From NCBI GenBank assembly GCA_963727445.1, contig CAVSGI010000004.1:32001-96000 (forward strand): a stretch of DNA of 64,000 nt. Direction: 5' to 3'. The DNA comes from an uncultured delta proteobacterium. GTDB taxonomy: Bacteria; Myxococcota_A; Polyangia; Polyangiales; B10-G4. The notes below the pieces were generated by a model. The model ran no database searches, was not told the origin of the DNA, and saw only the letters and a program-made list of their open reading frames with translations. Below are positions 60,227 through 64,000 of the stretch, piece by piece. Numbering within the stretch: the first letter of the stretch is position 1; each line of letters starts with the position of its first letter. The translations under genes and the position numbers were made by a program.

Positions 60227-61135
60227 ATGGAGACGACTCGAGGACCCCGCAGAGTCATTCTGCTCACCGGCGCTAGCACGGGCGTTGGCTTGGCCTTGTC
60301 CCGCGAGCTCTCCAAGGATGAGAGGGTTCACCTCGTCCTGACCGCACGGGCGAGCTCGCTCTCCCGTTTCGGCGAGTTGGGGATTGCGGAGACCTCACGA
60401 CTCTGGTTGCGCGCGCTCGATGTCACGAGTGATTCCGACCGACGCGCGGTGGTGCAGGAGATCGAAGAAGAGCTCGGCGGGGTGGACGTCCTCGTCAACA
60501 ACGCGGGCATCACGTATCGAACCGTGGCGGAGTATGCGACGCCGTTGGAGCTCTCCCACCAGATGGCGGTGAACTACGAAGGTCCCATGGCCCTCGCGGC
60601 GTTGGTTCTCGGCGGCATGCGCGCGCGTCAGTACGGCCGGATCATCCAGATCTCCTCAGCGAGCGGGTTGGTGGCCATGCCCACGATGGGGCTCTACGCA
60701 GCATCCAAGTTCGCGCTCGAAGCCGCGACCGAAGCCATGTACTACGAGGTCCGCCCGTTCGGCATTCAGGTGTCTCTCGTCCTGCCCGGCTTCATTCACT
60801 CCCCGTCGTACCTTCAGTCCATCGTCGGTGATCTCAGTCGCCACGCGACTCAGGACCCCGATGATCCGTATCACCCGCACTTCCGGAACATGGATCAGTT
60901 CATCGACAAGATGATGAGCTGGACGCGCGCGACCCCCGAGTCCGTGGCGCGCCGGGTCGTGCGGACCATGAACCGCACGCGCGCGCCGCTGAGGGTGCTC
61001 GCCACGTGGGATGCCCGCCTCCTGTGGTGGTTCCGTCGCTTCGTTCCACACCAGTTCAACATATGGCTCACCTACCGGATGCTCCCAGGTCAACGGAGTT
61101 GGAAGGGGCCGAGGGGCTTCTGGCATTCCGAATGA
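60227..61135 (+). CDS. SDR-family oxidoreductase
   Basis: TGASTGVG, NNAG and YAASKFALE. Confidence 0.9.
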   Translation: METTRGPRRVILLTGASTGVGLALSRELSKDERVHLVLTARASSLSRFGELGIAETSRLWLRALDVTSDSDRRAVVQEIEEELGGVDVLVNNAGITYRTVAEYATPLELSHQMAVNYEGPMALAALVLGGMRARQYGRIIQISSASGLVAMPTMGLYAASKFALEAATEAMYYEVRPFGIQVSLVLPGFIHSPSYLQSIVGDLSRHATQDPDDPYHPHFRNMDQFIDKMMSWTRATPESVARRVVRTMNRTRAPLRVLATWDARLLWWFRRFVPHQFNIWLTYRMLPGQRSWKGPRGFWHSE

Positions 61136-61266
61136 GCTGGACTCTCGGGCACCTGACAGGAGGTTGCCCCCCCCATCGAGGGGAGGGTGTGTCGAAAGTC
61201 ATCGGTTGCGCGTGCGAACGGCCCATATGAGGCGTACGCTCAGAGGCGTCGCTCGAAAGGGGGGAT

Positions 61267-64000
61267 GTGTTGAGGGAAGCTGACGACCCGAAGGGAGGGG
61301 TGCGCGAAGAAGCGGGGGCTAGACCGAGCGCCTTTCACGTCGTGGCCCTGGGTGCGTCCGCGGGCGGGCTTCGGGCGCTCGAGGAGTTCTTCGACGCTCT
61401 TCCTCGCGATCAGCCCACTGGTCTGTCGTACGTGGTCGTGTCCCATCAGGCCCCCGACCGCCCCAGCCTGCTCCCGGAGCTGATTCGGAGACACAGCACG
61501 ACGGAGGTCCTCCTGGCCACCGACGGCACGCGCATCGAGCCCGATCGCATCTACGTCGCGCCACCCGGCGGGACGCTCTCGCTGCGCGATGGGGTCTTCC
61601 AGCACGACCCCGACGATCGCACCCACCGGCAACACCCCATCGACGGCTTCTTCCGCTCGCTCGCCGAGGACCGAAAGGAGGATGCGATCGCCATCGTGCT
61701 CTCCGGCGTGGGGGCGGATGGATCGGTCGGGCTCGAGGCGATCAAGCGAGAGGCGGGCCTGACCCTCGCGCAGTCGGTCGACACCGCCACCTATCCGGGC
61801 ATGCCGATGAGCGCCCGTGCGACGGGGATGGTGGACTTCATTCTCTCGCCCACCGAGATGGTGGCCACCATTCTTTCGTACGCACGCAACCACGACCGGC
61901 TGCGGGATCGCATCCGGACGCCAGAGGCCCTGGACGGAACGCTCACCAGAGCGATCGAGCTCGTTCGTTCCCGCACTGGTCACGACTTCTCGCTCTACAA
62001 GCCCAGCACCCTGGGTCGCCGCGTCGAACGGCGGATGAGCGTTCACGGCATCACCGAGTCGAGCGGCTACGTGCGCTTTCTCGAGGCGCACCCATACGAA
62101 GCCGACGCTCTCTTTCACGAGCTCCTGATCGGAGTCACTTCGTTCTTCCGGGACGGCGATGCGTTCATCAGTCTGGAAGCGGCGCTGGAACAGCTGATCG
62201 CCCGCAAGCCAGAAGGCGAGCCGCTTCGAGTCTGGATCGCCGGATGCTCGACCGGCGAGGAACCCTACTCAATCGCCATCGTCCTTCGCGAGGCCCTCGA
62301 AGCCTCGAAGCGAGCGCTTCCGGTGCAGATGTTTGCGACCGATCTCGACCCCCATGCCATCGACGTTGCACGGGCGGGCACTTACGGAGCCGGAATCGCG
62401 GCCGACGTGACGAAGAAACGTCTCCGACGCTTCTTTTCGCCGGTCGACGGAGGCTACCGGATCAACGACTCCATCCGCGAGATGTTGATCTTCGCGGTTC
62501 ACAACCTCGCGCAGGATCCACCGTTTACTCGTCTGGATCTGCTCGTCTGTCGCAATCTCCTCATCTATCTCGACGGCGCGCTCCAGCGCCATCTCCTGGC
62601 CCTGTTTCATTACGCCCTGCGTCCGGGGGGCACTCTGTTTCTCGGCAGCTCGGAGCACCTCGGCGAGCTCGGCGAGCATTTCGTCGCCGTCGATCGTCAT
62701 TGGAAGATCTTCAGCAGGAAGGCCGCGTCGCTCGGTCAGCTTCCCCGCCTCGGCCCCGCCAGCTTGCTGCGAAGTCGAAACGGAACGCTGCGGCGGACTC
62801 CCGCCGAGAGGCCCGAGGACCAGGCAAACGCCGCGCTCGCATCTCTATTGCCGGCGACCGTTCTGACCGATGAGCGAGGCGAGATCGTGCACGTGCACGG
62901 GCGCACCGGGGCTTTCCTCGAACCGTCCGAAGGCGAGCCGAAGATGAACGTCACGGAGATGGCGCGCGACGGGCTGCGCCTCGAGCTCACCACGGCGCTC
63001 CGGCGCGCGGCCGGTCCGACGGGTGAAGCTCGGTGTGTCGGAGTCGTCAAGGACGCGAACGCGCCACCCATGCACGTGGAAATCGAGGTCCGCCGCGTTC
63101 GGGAGCCGGAGAGCATGCGCGGGCTCTTGGGCATCTCCTTTCGCCCATACATGGTGGCCGCGGAACAACCCGCGACAGGCGCGTCGACGAGCCAGCGGGA
63201 GACCGAGCTCGAGAGAGAGCTGAGTCACATTCGCGAGGATCTCCAGGGCACGGTCGAGGAGCTCCAGACCTCGAACGAAGAGCTTCAGAGCACCAACGAA
63301 GAGCTGCAGAGCACGAACGAAGAGCTCGAGACCTCCCGGGAAGAGATGCAATCCCTCAATGAAGAGCTGCAGACGGTCAACGCGGAGCTCCAGCTCAACC
63401 TCGACGATCTCTCACGAGCCAACGACGACATGCGAAACCTGCTCGACGGCACCAAGATCGCCACGATCTTTCTCGACACGCACCTCGAGATCAAACGGTT
63501 CACCCCGGAGGCGCGGCACGTCGTGAGCCTCCTCGACACCGACGTCGGGCGGCCGCTGTCGGACCTCACGGCGAAGATCCGCTATCCGAACCTGGTCGCG
63601 GACGCGACGGCGACGCTCCAAGACCTCGTGCCCAGAAGCACGGAGGTCGAGGGTCCCGAGGGCTCCTGGTACTTGGCCAGCATGGTCCCGTATCACACCG
63701 GACGTGATCAGGTCGATGGTGTCGTCCTCACGTTCGTCGACGTCACGCGTGTGAAGCGAGCCGAGGCGGAGGCGTCGGCCAACGTGCTCTCCAAGAGCAT
63801 CGTGGAGACCATTCAGCAGCCGCTCCTGCTCCTCGACAAGGGGCTGTGTATCAAGACTGTGAACGCGGCGTTCCTGAAAATGTTCGGCGTGAGCGCCGAG
63901 TCCGTGCTCGGTCGGACGATCTACGACTTGAACGGACGGTCCTTCGACGTCGAGGAACTGCGTCGCCTGCTCGAAGAGATCCTCCCCCGCGACGGTGTGA
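61267..64000 (+). CDS. CheB/CheR fusion with coiled-coil and PAS domains (runs off the window end)
   Basis: Manual translation in frame 1 gives VVALGASAGGL, HPIDGFFRSLA, LIGVTSFFRD, WIAGCSTGEEPYS, DPPFTRLDLLVCRNLLIY, EELQSTNEEL repeats and IKRFTP. The GTG start is inferred. Confidence 0.92.
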   Translation, partial: MLREADDPKGGVREEAGARPSAFHVVALGASAGGLRALEEFFDALPRDQPTGLSYVVVSHQAPDRPSLLPELIRRHSTTEVLLATDGTRIEPDRIYVAPPGGTLSLRDGVFQHDPDDRTHRQHPIDGFFRSLAEDRKEDAIAIVLSGVGADGSVGLEAIKREAGLTLAQSVDTATYPGMPMSARATGMVDFILSPTEMVATILSYARNHDRLRDRIRTPEALDGTLTRAIELVRSRTGHDFSLYKPSTLGRRVERRMSVHGITESSGYVRFLEAHPYEADALFHELLIGVTSFFRDGDAFISLEAALEQLIARKPEGEPLRVWIAGCSTGEEPYSIAIVLREALEASKRALPVQMFATDLDPHAIDVARAGTYGAGIAADVTKKRLRRFFSPVDGGYRINDSIREMLIFAVHNLAQDPPFTRLDLLVCRNLLIYLDGALQRHLLALFHYALRPGGTLFLGSSEHLGELGEHFVAVDRHWKIFSRKAASLGQLPRLGPASLLRSRNGTLRRTPAERPEDQANAALASLLPATVLTDERGEIVHVHGRTGAFLEPSEGEPKMNVTEMARDGLRLELTTALRRAAGPTGEARCVGVVKDANAPPMHVEIEVRRVREPESMRGLLGISFRPYMVAAEQPATGASTSQRETELERELSHIREDLQGTVEELQTSNEELQSTNEELQSTNEELETSREEMQSLNEELQTVNAELQLNLDDLSRANDDMRNLLDGTKIATIFLDTHLEIKRFTPEARHVVSLLDTDVGRPLSDLTAKIRYPNLVADATATLQDLVPRSTEVEGPEGSWYLASMVPYHTGRDQVDGVVLTFVDVTRVKRAEAEASANVLSKSIVETIQQPLLLLDKGLCIKTVNAAFLKMFGVSAESVLGRTIYDLNGRSFDVEELRRLLEEILPRDGV

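Noticed and set aside
63255..63375. 21-bp periodic repeats
   Set aside because: They encode the ordinary EELQSTN heptad coiled coil of CheB/CheR fusion proteins.

Overview
High-GC bacterial DNA, most likely from Myxococcota (Polyangiales/Sandaracinaceae-like). This is inferred from a MYXO-CTERM tail, RCC1 and Cys-rich lipoproteins, and a DUF1592/DUF1552 pair. About ten genes carry single-base frameshifts that look like long-read errors; four of them lie at GAATC/GATTC sites where deleting one base restores both GATC and the reading frame. The left part holds housekeeping and accessory genes: cysD, an SDR/phosphotransferase pair, a LOG protein, metal transporters, riboflavin synthase, a GT-C gene with two sulfatase-fold genes, and secreted repeat proteins. 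The most notable region is 37.5-56.6 kb. It encodes ethylmalonyl-CoA pathway enzymes (mch, mcd, ccr, ecm/meaA, meaB) and a RamB/PccR-family regulator, with an intact 4-hydroxybutyryl-CoA dehydratase (abfD) between them. These are five enzymes of the synthetic CETCH CO2-fixation cycle in one natural locus; the remaining steps are not in this window, so a natural cycle is a hypothesis only. An HNH-family gene bracketed by a repeated CTTTCCCCGGGGAAAG palindrome sits inside the locus, and an orphan copy of the palindrome lies next to a 51-bp tandem array at 8.1-8.4 kb. No rRNA, tRNA or CRISPR array was recognised.
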